Origin: Pristiophorus japonicus
Taxonomy: Eukaryota
Assembly: GCF_044704955.1 (NCBI RefSeq)
Contig: NC_091983.1
Coordinates: forward strand, 120,900,001-120,964,000
Direction of reading: 5' to 3'
Length of the DNA stretch: 64,000 nt
Position numbers and translations under genes: made by a program. How positions within the stretch are numbered: the first letter of the stretch is position 1; the number at the start of each line of letters is the position of its first letter. This document shows positions 40,198 to 53,374 of the stretch, one piece after another. A model generated the notes under the pieces. The model was not told the origin of the DNA. It was given only the letters and a program-made list of their open reading frames with translations, and made no database searches.

Positions 40198-42002
40198 CAT
40201 AGAAACATAGAAAATAGTTGCAGGAGTAGGCCATTCGGCCCTTCGAGCCTGCACCACCATTCAATATGATCATGGCTGGTCATTCAGCTCAGTACCCATT
40301 TCCCGCTTTCTCTCCATACCCCTTGATCCCTTTAGCCGTAAGGGCCATATCTAACTCCCTCTTGAATATATCCAATGAATTGGCATCAACAACTCTCTGT
40401 GGCAGGGAATTCCACTGGTTAACAACTCTCTGAGTGAAGAAGTTTCTTCTCATCTCAGTCCTAAATGACCTATCCCTTATCCTAAGACTGTGTCCCTGGT
40501 TCTGGACTTCCCCAACATTGGGAACATTCTTCCCATATCTAATCTGTCCAGTCCGGTCAGAATCTTATACGTTTCTATGAGATCCCCTCTCATCCTTCTA
40601 AACTCCAGTGTAGAAAGGCCCAGTTGTTCCAGTCTCTCCTCATATGTCAGTCCAGCCATCCCTGGAATCAGTCTGGTGAACCTTCACTGCACTCCCTCAA
40701 TAGCAAGAACGTCCTTCCTCAGATTAGGAGACCAAAACTGGACACAATATTCCAGGTGAGGCCTCACTGAGGCCCTGCACAACTGTAGTAAGACCTCCCT
40801 GCTCCTATACTCAAATCTCCAAGCTATGAAGGCCAACATGCCATATGCCTTCTTCACCGCCTGCTGTACCTGCATGCGAATTTTCAATGACTGATGAACC
40901 ATGATACTCAGGTCTCGTTGCACCTCCCCTTTTCCTAATCTGCCACAATTCATATAATATTCTGCCTTCATGTTTTTGCCACCAAAGTGGATAACCTCAC
41001 ATTTATCCACATTATACTGCATCTGCCATGCATTTTCCCACTCACCTAACCTGTCCAAATCACCCTGCAGCCTCTTAGCATCCTCCTCACAGCTCACACC
41101 ACCACCCAGTTTAGTGTCATCTGCAAACTTGGAGATATTACACTCAATTCCTTCATCCAAATGATTAATGTATATTGTAAAGAGCTGGGGTCCCAGCACT
41201 GAGCCCTGCGGTACTCCACTAGTCACTGCCTCCCATTCCGAAAAGGACCCATTTATCCCGACTCTCTGCTTCCTGCCTGCCAACCAATTCTCTATCCACG
41301 CCAGTACATTACCCCCAATACCATGTGCTTTAATTTTGCACAACAATCTCTTATGTGGGACCTTGCCAAAGTCGAAATACACCACATCCACTGGTTCTTC
41401 CTTGTCCTTGTCCACTCTACGAGTTACATCCTCAAAAAATTCCAGAAGATTGGTCAAACATGACCTCCCTTTCATAAATCCATGCTGACTTGGACCGATC
41501 CTGTCACTGTTTTCCAAATATGCTGCTATTTAATAATTGGTTCCAACATTTTCCCCACTACTGATGTCAGGCTTACTGGTCTATAATTACCCGTTTTCTC
41601 TCTCGCTCCTTTTTAAAAAAGTGATGTTACATTAGCTACCCTCCAGTCCATAGGAACTGATCCAGAGTCGATAGACTGTTGGAAAATGAGCAGCAATGCA
41701 TCCACTATTTCTAGGGCCACCTCCTTAAGTACACTGGGATGCAGACAATCAGGCCCCGGGGATTTATCGGCCTTCAATCCCATGAATTTCCAGAACACAA
41801 TTTCCCGCCTAATAAGGATTTCCTTCAGTTCCTCCTTCTCACTAGACCCTCGGTCCCCTAGTACATCCGGAAGGTCATTTGTGTCTTCCTTCATGAAGAC
41901 AGAACCAAAGCATTTGTTCAATTGGTCTGCCATTTCTTTGTTCCCCATTATTAATTCACATGAGCCCGACTGCAAGGGACCTACGTTTGTCTTCACTAAT
42001 CT
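40198..42002 (-). mobile_element. CR1 LINE (G), 5'-truncated, inserted in Gypsy-2
   Basis: ORF 40684-41517 is CR1 RT; (catagaaa)n tail; Gypsy resumes catgtgtta|ttgcgcaaagg. Confidence 0.94.
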
Positions 42003-42791
42003 ATTGCGCAAAGGTGAGAACTGGGTCTGGGGAAAAAAACAATTAATTGCTTTTGAGAAAGCCAGAAACATTTTATGCTCCAACAAGCTGCTTGTGTTGT
42101 ATAACCCATGTAAAAGACTTGTGCTAGCATGTGACGCGTCGTTGTACAGAGTCGGGTGTGTAGTACAACAAGCTGACGTTGCGGGGAAGTTGCAACCTGT
42201 CACCTATGCTTCCAGGAGCTTGTCTAAGGCTGAGAGGGCCGACAGCATGATTGAGAAAGAGGCATTAGCGTGTGTGTTTGGGGTAAAGAAAATGCATCAG
42301 TACCCTGTTTGGCCTCAAATTTGAGCTGGAAACCGATTACAAGCCCCTCACGTCCCTGTTTGCTGAAAACAAGAGGATAAATACTTATGCCTCAGCCCGC
42401 ATACAAAGGTGGGCACTCGCGCTATCATCATATAACTACCATCCGCCATAGGCCAGGCACGGAGAACTGTGCGGATGCTCTCAGTCGGCTACCATTGCCC
42501 ACCACGGGGGTGGAAATGGCGCAGCCTGCAAACTTGTTGATGTTGGCGCAGCCCGCAGACTTGTTGATGGTCATGGAAAATGATAAATCACCTGTCACGA
42601 CCCGCCAGATTAGGACTTGGACAAGCCAAGATCCTCTGCTGTCCCGAGTAAAAAACTGTGTACTGCATGGGAGCTGGGCCAGCATCCCCATTGAAATGTA
42701 AGAGCCAATCAAGCTGTTCCAGTGGCGAAAGGACGAGCTGTCCATTCAGACAGACTGCCTGTTGTGGGGTAACCGCGTAGTGCTACCAAAA

Positions 42792-42883
42792 CTGGAGCTC
42801 TCCACTCCCTCTCCTGCGACAGTTGGAACTGGTGCTCTCCACTCTCTCTCCTGCGACAGTTGGAACTGGTGCTCTCCACTCTC
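42792..42883. repeat. 37-bp tandem repeat (2.5 copies) at CR1 H 5' junction
   Basis: ctgg(a/t)gctctccactc(c/t)ctctcctgcgacagttggaa at 42792 and 42829, partial copy at 42866. Confidence 0.9.
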
Positions 42884-42884
42884 A

Positions 42885-45800
42885 CGTTGGTGTAGGAGGG
42901 AGGGCTTTAGTTTCCTAAACAATTGGGACCGCTTCTGGGGTAGGTGGGTCCTGTACAAGTTGGACAGGTTACACCTCAACAGAGACGGGACCAATGTTTT
43001 CGCGGGTGGTTTTGATAGTACGGTTGGGAGGGCTTTAAACTAGCTTGGCAGTGGAATGGGAACCCAGGAGAGGGCTCTGAACTAGTTAGAGTGGGTGAGA
43101 GCTCAGATGAACAGAACCCCAAGAAAGAATGCAAAAGACAGGAGGCAACAGAGCAGAGTAGCAGAAGGTGAAAGGAAGGGACAACATGTATGAATATAAA
43201 AGTGCTGCAGGAGGGATCAAAACTAAAAATCATGGTTTAAAAACTAGTATTAAAACACTTTACCTAAACGCACGCAGCATTCGAAACAAAGTAAATGAGT
43301 TGACGGCACAAATCATTACAAATGGGTATGATTTGGTGGCCATTCCTGAAACGTGGTTGCAGGGTGGCCAAGAATGGGAATTAAACATGCAGGGGTATCT
43401 GAAAATCCGGAAAGATAGACAAGAAGGGAAAGGAGGTGGGGTAGCTCTGTTAATAAAGGATGAGATCAGGGCAGTTGTGAGAGACGATATTGGCTCCAAT
43501 GAACAAAATGTTGAATCATTGTGGGTGGAGATTAGAGATAGAAAGGGGAAAAATTCACTGGTGGGCGCAGTTTATAGGCCCCCAAATAATAACTTCATGG
43601 TGGGGTGGACAATAATCAGGGGAATAATGGAGGCATGTGAATAAGGAACGGCAGTAATCATGGGGGATATTAACCTACATATCGATTGGTCAAATCAAAT
43701 CGTATAGGGTAGCTTTGAGGAGGAATTCAGAGGATGCATACGGGATTGCTTCTTAGAACAGTATGTTACAGAACCTACAAGGGAGCAAGCTAACTTAGAT
43801 CTGGTCCTGTGTAATGAGACAGGAATAATAAACGATCACTGAGTAAAAGATCCTCTCGGAATGAGTGATCACAGTCTGGTTGAATTTGTAATACAGATTG
43901 AGGGTGAGGAAGTAGTGTCTCAAACGAGCGTACTATGCTTAAACAAAGGGGACTACAGTGGGATGAGGGCAGAGTTGGCTAAAGTAGACTGGGAACACAG
44001 ACTAAACGGTGGCACAATTGAGGAACAGTGGAGGACTTTTAAGGAGCTCTTTCATCGTGCTCAACAAAAATATATTCCAGTGAAAAAGAAGGGCGGCAAG
44101 AGAAGGGATAACCAGCCGTGGATAACCAAGGAAATAATGGAGAGTATCAAATTAAAAACCAATGTGTATAAGGTGGCCAAGGTTAGTGGGAAACTAGAAG
44201 ATTGGGAAAATTTTAAACAACAGCAAAGAATGACTAAGAAAGCAATAAAGAAAGGAAAGATAGATTACGAAAGTAAACTTGCGCAAAACATAAAAACAGA
44301 TAGTAAAAGCTTTTACCGATATATAAAATGGAAAAGAGTGACTAAAGTAAATGTTGGTCCCTCAGAAGATGAGAAGGGGGATTTAATAATGGGAAATGTG
44401 GAAATGGCTGAGACCTGAAACAATTATTTTGCTTCGGTTTTCACAGTGGAAGACACAAAAACCATGCCAAAAATTGCTGGTCATGGGAATGTGGGAAGGG
44501 AGGACCTTGAGACAATCACAATCACTAGGGGGGTAGTGCTGGACAGGCTAATGGGACTCAAGGTAGACAAGTCCCCTGGTCCTGATGAAATGCATCCCAG
44601 GGTATTAAAAGAGATGACGGAAGTTTCAGCACATGCATTCGTTATAATCTACCAAAATTCTCTGGACTCTGGGGAGGTATCATCGGATTGGAAAGCACCT
44701 AATGTAACGCCTCTGTTTAAAAAAGGGGGCAGACAAAAGGCAGGTAACTAGAGGCCGGTTAGTTTAACATCTGTAGTGGGGAAAATGCTTGAAGCTATCA
44801 CTAAGGAAGAAATAGCGGGACATCTAGATAGGAATAGTGCAATCAAGCAGACGCAACATGGATTCATGAAGGGGAAATCATGTTTAACTAATTTACTGGA
44901 ATTCTTTGAGGATATAACCGAGCATGGTGGATAGAGGTGTACCGATGGATGTGGTGTATTTAGATTTCCAAAAGGCATTCGATAAGGTGCCACACAAAAG
45001 GTTACTGCAGAAGATAAAGGTACGCGGAGTCAGAGGAAATGTATTGGCATGGAGAGGGAATTGGCTGGCGAACAGAAAGCAGAGAGTCAGGATAAATGGG
45101 TCCTTTTCAGGTTGGAAATTGGTGGTTAGTGGTGTGCCACAGGGATCGGTGCTGGGACCACAACTGTTTACAATATACATAGATGACCTGGAAGAGGGGA
45201 CAGAGTGTAGTGTAACAAAATTTGCAGATGACACAAAGATTAGTGGGAAAGCGGATTGTGTAGAGGACACAGAGAGGCTGCAAAGAGATTTAGATAGGTT
45301 AAGCGAATGGGCTAAGGTTTGGCAGATGGAATACAATGTCAGAAAATGTGAGGTCATCCACCTTGGAAAAAAAAACATTAAACGGGAATATTAGTTGAAT
45401 GGGGAGAAATGACAACATGCTGCGGTGCAGAGGGACCTGGGGGTCCTTGTGCATGAATCCCCAAAAATTAGTTTGCAGGTGCAGCAGGTAATCAGGAAGG
45501 TGAATGGAATGTTGGCCTTCATTGCGAGAGGGATGGAGTACAAAAGCAGGGAGGTCCTGCTGCAACTGTACAGGGTATTGGTGAGGCCGCACCTGGAGTA
45601 CTGCATGCAGTTTTGGTCACCTTACTTAAGGAAGGCTATACTAGCTTTGGAGGTGGTACAGAGATGATTCACTTGGCTGATTCCAGAGATGAGGGGATTA
45701 CCTTATAATGATAGCTTGAGTAGACTGGGCCTTTACTCGTTGGAGTTCAGAAGGATGAGGGGTGATCTTACAGAAATATTTAAAATAATGAAAGGGATAG

Positions 45801-46163
45801 ATAAGATAGAGGCAGAGAGGTTGGTTCCACTCGTCGGGGAGACGAGAACTAAGGGGCACAGCCTCAAAATACGGGGGAGCCAATTTAAAACCGAGTTGAG
45901 AAGAAATTTCTTCTCCCAGAGGGTTGTGAATCTGTGGAATTCTCTGCCCAAGGAAACATTTGAGGCTAGCAGATTGAATGTATTCAAATCACATATGGAT
46001 AGATTTTTAAGAAATAAGGGAATTAAGGGTTATGGGGAGAGGGCGGGTAAATGGAGCTGAGTCCACGGCCAGATCAGCCATGATCTTTTTGAATGGCGGA
46101 GCAGGCTCGAGGGGCTCGATGGCCCTCTCCTGTTTCTAATTCTTATGTTCTTATTATGTTCTT
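42885..46163 (+). mobile_element. CR1 LINE (H): end of ORF1 plus decayed full ORF2, inserted in Gypsy-2
   Basis: WCRREGF..DRLHLN, YLNARSIRNK, YRPP, SDH, RT KFADD; (ttcttatg)n tail. Confidence 0.94.
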
Positions 46164-46311
46164 ACAGCTAAGGGAATCAAGGGCCATGGAGAGAAAGCAG
46201 GAAATGGGTACTGAGGGAATGATCAGCCATGATCTTATTGAATGGCGCTGCAGGCTCGAAGAGCCGAATGGCCTACTCCTGCACCTATTTTCTATATTTC
46301 TATGTTTCTAT
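46164..46311 (+). mobile_element. Short 3' end of a different CR1 subfamily directly after the tail of H
   Basis: Matches 50532-50680; (tttctatg)n tail. Confidence 0.85.
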
Positions 46312-47478
46312 AAGGGCAGGGAGACATTCATCTCGGATCTTCACAGCACACACCCGGGTATAATAATAATGAAAGCGATAGCCAGATCCCACGTGTGGTG
46401 GCTCGGTATCGACTCTGACTTCGAGTCCTGTGTACGGCAATGCAGCATATGTGCTCAGTTGAGCAACGCGCCCAGAGAGTCACCACTAAGTTTGTGGTCC
46501 TGGCCCTCCAGACCATGGTCAAGGATCCATGTCGACTATGCGGGCCCGTTTCTCAGTAAAATGTTCCTGGTGGTGGTGGATGCTTTTTCAAAATGGATTG
46601 AATGTGAAATAATATCGAGAACCATCGCCACCGCCACCATTGAAAGCCTGAGGGCCATGTTTGTCACCTATGGCCTGCCTGGCATACTGGTCAGTGACAA
46701 CGGGCCATGTTTCACCAGTGCCGAATTTAAAGAATTCATGACCCGCAATGGGATCAAACATGTCACCTCGGCCCCGTTTAAACCAGCCTCCAATGGGCAG
46801 GCAGAGCGGGCAGTACAAACCATCAAACAGAGCCTCAAACGAGTCACAGAAGGCTCACTCCAAACCCGTCTGTCCCGAGTACTGCTCAGCTACCGCACGA
46901 GACCCCACTCGCTGACAAGGGTTCCCCCGGCTGAGCTACTCACGAAAAGGACACTTAAAACCAGACTCTCGCTGGTCCACCCCAACCTGCATGATCAGGT
47001 AAAGAGCAGGCGGCAGCAACAAAATGTAAACGATGGTCGCGCCACCGTGTCACGGGAAATTGATCTGAATGACCCTGTGTATGTACTAAACTATGGACAT
47101 GGTTGCAAGTGTATCGCGGGCACGGTGATAGCTAAAGAAGGGAATAGTGTGTTTGTAGTCAAACAAGACAATGGACAAATTTGCAGAAAGCACCTGGACC
47201 AAATGAGGCTACGGTTCACAGACTGCCCTGAACAATCCACAGCAGACACCACTTTTTTCGAGCCCACAACACACACCCAAAGGATTAACAATATCACCCC
47301 TTACCTGGAAATCGAACCCATCACGCCCAACAGCCCAGCAAGGCCAGGCTCACCGAGCAGCCCTGCAGGGCCAGCAACACGCCAACCCAGCGAGGGCACA
47401 GCCAACACACCAGAACAGACATTTGTACGGAGGCAGTCCACCAGGGAAAGAAAGGCTCCCGACCGCCTCACCTTGTAA
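46312..47478 (+). pseudogene. Gypsy integrase reading frame, uninterrupted (detached from pol)
   Basis: H..HPG..W..CVRQCSIC (HHCC), IHVDYAG, LVSDNG, NGQAERAV (DDE). Confidence 0.92.
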
Positions 47479-47511
47479 ATAGTTTTCACTTTGACTTTGG
47501 CGGGGGAGTAA

Positions 47512-47722
47512 TGTTGTGTATCTGTAAAGCATGCACTCCCATGTTCCACCACCAGGGAGCTCATCCCCTGAAGTCCCAAGGGATACCAGCATCCCTTGGG
47601 AGCACTGTATATAAGCCGGCCCCTAAGGCCTGTTCCTCACTCTGGAGTGTCTTATTAAAGATTGAGGTCACTGTTACTTTAACCTCCCTATGTGCAGTCT
47701 CATCTATGTTAGGAACACAATA
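47512..47722 (+). repeat. 3' LTR of Gypsy-2 (211 bp)
   Basis: After the PPT; followed by TSD agggg. Confidence 0.95.
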
Positions 47723-48201
47723 AGGGGTATTCAACATTCAGGAAGGACAGACAGAAAGGAAAAGGAAGTGGGGTGGCATTGCTGGTTAAAGAGGAAATTA
47801 ATGTAATAGTAAGGAAGGCCATTAGCTTGGATGATGTGGAATCGGTATGGTTGGAGCTACGGAATACCAAAGGGCAGAAAACGCCAGTGGGAGTTGTGTG
47901 CAGACCATCAAACAGTAGTAGTGAGGTTGGGGACAGCATCAAACAAGAAATTAGGGACGCATGCAATAAAGGTACAGCAGTTATCCTGGGTGACTTTAAT
48001 CTACATATTGATTGGGCTCACCAAACTGGTAGCAATGCAGTGGAGGAGGATTTCCTGGAGTGTATTAGGGGTGGTTTCCTCGACCAATATGTCGAGGAAC
48101 CAACCAGAGTGCTGGCCATCCTAGACTGAGTGATATGTAATGAGAAAGGACGAATTAACAATCTTGTTGTGCGAGGCCCTTTGGGGTAGAGTGACCATAA
48201 T

Positions 48202-50103
48202 ATGGTAGAATTCTTTATTAAGATGGAGAGTGACACAGTTAATTCAGAGACTAGCGTCCTGAACTTAAGGAAAGGTAACTTCGATGGTATGAGACGTGAA
48301 TTGGCTAGAATAGATTGGCGAATGATACTTAAGGGGTTGACTGTGGATGGGCAATGGCAGACATTTAGAGACCGCATGGATGAATTGCAACAATTGTACA
48401 TTCCTGTCTGGCGTAAAAATAAAAAAGGGAAGGTGGCTCAACCGTGGCTATCTAGGGAAATCAGGGATAGTATTAAAGCCAAGGAAGTGGCATACAAATT
48501 GGCCAGAAATAGCAGCGAACCTGGGGACTGGGAGAAATTTAGAACTCAGCAGAGGAGGACAAAGGGTTTGATTAGGGCAGGGAAAATGGAGTACGAGAAG
48601 AAGCTTGCAGGGAACATTAAGGCGGATTGCAAAAGTTTCTATAGGTATGTAAAGAGAAAAAGGTTAGTAAAGACAAACGTAGGTCCCCTGCAGTCAGAAT
48701 CAGGGGAAGTCATAACGGGGAACAAAGAAATAGCAGACCAATTGAACAAGTACTTTGGTTCAGTATTCACTAAGGAGGACACAAACAACCTTCCGGATGT
48801 AAAAGGGGTCAGAGGTTCTAGTACGGAGGAGGAAGTGAGGGAAATCTTTATTAGTCGGGAAATTGTGTTGGGGAAATTGATGGGATTGAAGGCCGATAAA
48901 TCCCCAGGGCCTGATGGACTGCATCCCAGAGTACTTAAGGAGGTGGCCTTGGAAATAGCGGATGCATTGACAATCATTTTCCAACATTCCATTGACTCTG
49001 GATCAGTTCCTATCGAGTGGAGGGTAGCCAATGTAACCCCACTTTTTAAAAAAGTAGGGAGAGAGAAAGCAGGGAATTATAGACTGGTCAGCCTGACCTC
49101 AGTAGTGGGTAAAATGATGGAATCAATTATTAAGGATGTCATAGCAGCGCATTTGGAAAATGGTGACATGATAGGTCCAAGTCAGCATGGATTTGTGAAA
49201 GGGAGATCATGCTTGACAAATCTTCTGGAATTTTTTGAGGATGTTTCCAGTAAAGTGGACAAAGGAGAACCAGTTGATGTGGTATATTTGGACTTTCAGA
49301 AGGCTTTCGACAAGGTCCCACACAAGAGATTAATGTGCAAAGTTAAAGCACATGGGATTGGGGGTAGTGTGCTGACGTGGATTGAGAACTGGTTGTCAGA
49401 CATGAAGCAAAGAGTAGGAGTAAATGGGTACTTTTCAGAATGGCAGGCAGTGACTAGTGGGGTACCGCAAGGTTCTGTGCTGGGGCCCCAGCTGTTTACA
49501 TTGTACATTAATGATTTAGACGAGGGGATTAAATGTAGTATCTCCAAATTTGCAGGTGACACTAAGTTGGGTGGCAGTGTGAGCTGCGAGGAGGATGTTA
49601 TGAGGCTGCAGAGTGACTTGGATAGGTTAGGTGAGTGGGCAAATGCGTGGCAGATGAAGTATAATGTGGATAAATGTGAGGTTATCCACTTTGGTGGTAA
49701 AAACAGAGAGACAGACTATTATCTGAATGGTGACAGATTAGGAAAAGGGAAGGTGCAACGAGACCTGGGTGTCATGGTACATCAGTCATTGAAGGTTGGC
49801 ATGCAGGTACAGCAGGCGGTTAAGAAAGCAAATGGCATGTTGGCCTTCATAGCGAGGGGATTTGAGTACATGGGCAGGGAGGTGTTACTACAGTTGTACA
49901 GGGCCTTGGTGAGGCCACACCTGGAGTATTGTGTACAGTTTTGGTCTCCTAACTTGAGGAAGGACATTCTTGCTATTGAGGGAGTGCAGCGAAGATTCAC
50001 CAGACTGATTCCCGGGATGATGGGACTGACCTATCAAGAAAGACTGGATCAACTGGGCTTGTATTCACTGGAGTTCAGAAGAGTGAGAGGGGACCTGAAT
50101 TAG
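48202..50103 (+). pseudogene. CR1 ORF2 reverse transcriptase region (633 aa open; catalytic FADD mutated to FAGD)
   Basis: [42 protein letters not shown]. Confidence 0.92.
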
Positions 50104-51489
50104 AAATGTTTAAAATTCTGACGGGTTTGGACAGGTTGGATGCAGGAAGAATGTTCCCAATGTTGGGGAAGTCCAGAACCAGGGGTCACAGTCTAAGGAT
50201 AAGGGGTAAGCCATTTAGGACCGAGATGAGGAGAAACTTCTTCACCCAGAGAGTGGTGAACCTGTGGAATTCTCTACCACAGAAAGTAGTTGAGGCCAAT
50301 TCACTAAATATATTCAAAAGGGAGTTCGATGAAGTCCTTACTACTCGGGGGATCAAGGGGTATGGCGAGAAAGCAGGAAGGGGGTACTGAAGTTTCATGT
50401 TCAGCCATGAACTCATTGAATGGCGGTGAAGGCTAGAAGGGCTGAATGGCCTGCTCCTGCACCTATTTTCTATGTTTCTATGTTTCTATGTTTCACTGGA
50501 TATATTCAAGAGGGAGTTAGATATGGCCCTTACGGCTAAAGGGATCAAGGGGTATGGTGAGAAAGCAGGAAAGGGGTACTGAGGTGAATGATCAGCCATG
50601 ATCTTATTGAATGGTGGTGCAGGCCCGAAGGGCCAAATGACCTACTCCTGCACCTATTTTCTATGTTTCTATGTTTCTATAATGCATCTATCATTTGATC
50701 ATTCATATTGCTAATAGAGTAACAGTCGTGGAACCCAAATGTTCCACATACCTAGAGGGAATATACGTACTTAGATTTTCATTTTGAGAACTACATCTAC
50801 TAACTGTAACACATCACCTTTTAATCCCATATCATCAAATTGTAGACACATTTTGACTATCTTGAAGTACATTGAAGAGATTTTCCTGTGTCTGAGCCCG
50901 GGTACTTCGTATATTAGAAAAATGGGTAGGTCGGAGTGCATGCCTATAAAGGAACCTATCCAATTGTTCTGGTATTCACTACATCAGATGATCTAGTGCA
51001 CACGAGTCCAGGCGCAGGAATTCTCTCTTCACGAATCTAATTATACAGTAACAATTTTCTTTTCCAGCTCATTGGGGGGAAGTTTAACATGGGTGAGCAC
51101 ACGGATTTGGTTGCGGATGGGGAGTGAAACCCTGGAAAAATACGAGCGTGTCGGGCAGCAGGCTCCAACCCGTTGACTTTTCACTCCAGTACATTCGGCT
51201 GTGTATGTGCAACCCCCTGGAAACAGGAGGTGATGCGGGCAATGCACCACCAGCTCTGCATACTGCTCCCTGGGATGCCCTCATTAATGTGACGTTCACT
51301 TAGGTTCCACTACTGCACCCATCTGACAACCAGCTGAAAAAGCCAATTTTGCTCCCCCACCCCTCTCGGTCCCTCGCCCCGCCCTGTCCCCGTCCCTCCC
51401 AAAGCCACTAAAACAAAGCGGTTCTGCAAACAACCAAGCATACCTTTCACAGCACCCCATTGATGGGTATCAATTAATGCTTTCCCATT

Positions 51490-51680
51490 CATCATCACAC
51501 AACTGCTGCTGACCTCTTGTGCCACCTCCAACCATGCTTTCTTGGTGTCGCCAGCAGGCTTCTTCCTCCCATTGCTAAGGAACAGTGCATCTCTCTGGAT
51601 CCTCACAGCTCCCAGCAGCACATCCAGGGAGGTGTCACTGAAGCGGGGCATAGCCTTTGACCTTCTTTGTCTTTTTAGTG
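51490..51680 (-). pseudogene. Harbinger Myb/SANT-like ORF2 exon-1 remnant
   Basis: PRFSDTSLDVLLGAVRIQRDALFLSNGRKKPAGDTKKAWLEVAQEVSS, homologous to 63500-63710. Confidence 0.75.
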
Positions 51681-52258
51681 TATATTGAACACGATTTTCG
51701 CAGCACAGTTGGCAAGATGTCAGATTTGCTTCAAGATATAGAATGCAATGCATTGTTTTGTGTGGATTTGACTTCTGAAGCAAAGTGAAATAATCTGAAG
51801 CTAGTCCAATTCAAATCTACTAGTGGACACAGTGCTTGCTACTTAGATATCACAGTTCTGTTGGTGGATTAGGATGAAAGAACACCTCAGTATTTAACAA
51901 GATGGTATCTGATTAATATATAGAGCATTCAATTAAAAAAAAGCAAAATACTGTAGATGCTAAACGTTTTGAAACAAAACAGAAAATAGACTAATCGAGT
52001 TTAATTCATTTTCAATGTAAAAATGTTGATAAAAAATCTTAGTTTCAACAAACTGAAAAAAATAAACATGATGTTGTATAATTAGACTTATGAGGCCATG
52101 TTTTTCCTGAGTTAAGGTCTGTACCCAAAGCATTAACTTGTATGCTCTTTCCATAGATTTTGATTGATTATCTGTGTATATCCAGCATTTTCTGATTCTG
52201 TTACAAAAGTGAACCAATTATTTCTACATATTTTTAAATTTCTTGCCAAAAATTATGA

Positions 52259-52752
52259 CAATTTGAATCTCTCTTATCTGGGACTCGCTTGTCCGACACC
52301 ACCCCTCGTCCGGGTGACAAATGCACAGAACACGACCCGTCAAAATCCTACTCACCAATATAATCTTTGTCCTCAATCAGCTGCCTCCTACTCGTCACCC
52401 TGCTGGAACTCCTGCAGCTACAGTCCTCGGGCTGGCCGCTCCTCCCTACAATGCTCTCTCCGGGTGGTCGGGCTGACTCTTCTGGGCCCACTGGCTCTTC
52501 GGATCCCGCCAGCCCACCGACTCTTCGGGGCCCGCTGACTCGTCTCAGCCTCCTGCATACTGATTGGTTGGCTGACAGTCATTCCAGCCAATCAGCGCAC
52601 ACATAGACTGACCGGTGCAACACCCTAGCCCAGCCCAGCAACAGCACTTAAAGGCACAGTCCACCCAAACACGCGACCTCCTCTCATCCGGCAAAATCCC
52701 TCATTCGGTAAAGGCCAGTCCTGAGGGTGCCGGATAGGGGAGGTTCAACCTG
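52259..52752. mobile_element. Tigger/pogo-like non-autonomous element
   Basis: caatttgaatctctcttatctgg ... ccggataggggaggttcaacctg|ta (degenerate TIRs). Confidence 0.6.
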
Positions 52753-53374
52753 TAGTACTAAAGAAAAACTGAATATGTTGACAATTTGAAGTAAGGAGAG
52801 TAGACTTTACATGGTTGTTACATCCAGAAACAATGGTGCTGATATTATGTGGCCCTTCCAGCGCACTCCCACAATGGCTATGGCAGGAATGCAGCAGAAG
52901 AGTATGTGGGATCCCTAGTGGTGTGGATATGGATATTTAAATTAGGGGACCTACCGCTGATCCTTCATACTCCAATGGGGTCCCCGCTTGCAGGCGTGAG
53001 GCGTGATCTCAATATAATTGTCGGGATTTCTGCCCAAGAATTTCTAGGGCCTGTATATGCAAATTTGAGGGAGACAAAAACATGGGGAGTTCCGCCTTAC
53101 TAAGCTATTACTATTGCTCTCAATTAACTTTTGCTATTAAATTTGGTATCTTAAATCCCATTATTCCACCTAAGTCAATTTTTCTTGGGTTAAAGTCCAT
53201 AATAAATTATGGTCAAAGGATTAGTCTGGACTAAAGTCAATGACTGGCAAGGCTGGTGCTCTCCAGCAAATTAGGGCATCCTAAGGCGCTGGAGAGAACA
53301 TTGTACTAACTTCACATCTGACCCAATCCTCACAGAGAACAAAGCAATAGTCAATTCCTTCTTGAGAAGGAGTG

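Larger units (their letters stand above)
37848..47722 (+). mobile_element. Gypsy (Mag-like) LTR retrotransposon 2; TSD AGGGG; internal segments 38037-40197, 42003-42791, 46312-47511
   Basis: LTR pair, PBS-like tggtgacgag, gag, protease (ELNTGAS), RT (VFQDNILV), RNase H (LACDAS..IEKEALA), integrase; PPT ggggga. Confidence 0.96.
36470..50680 (+). mobile_element. Near full-length CR1 LINE (F); segments about 36470-37847 and 47723-50680, interrupted by Gypsy-2
   Basis: ORF1 and APE start lie before the LTR; APE continues exactly after the TSD (cattcagggg|tattcaacattcagg); RT ORF; two successive 3' ends with (tttctatg)n. Confidence 0.93.

Noticed and set aside
50770-51040. Possible minus-strand exon
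   Set aside because: Stops in all three frames at about random frequency.
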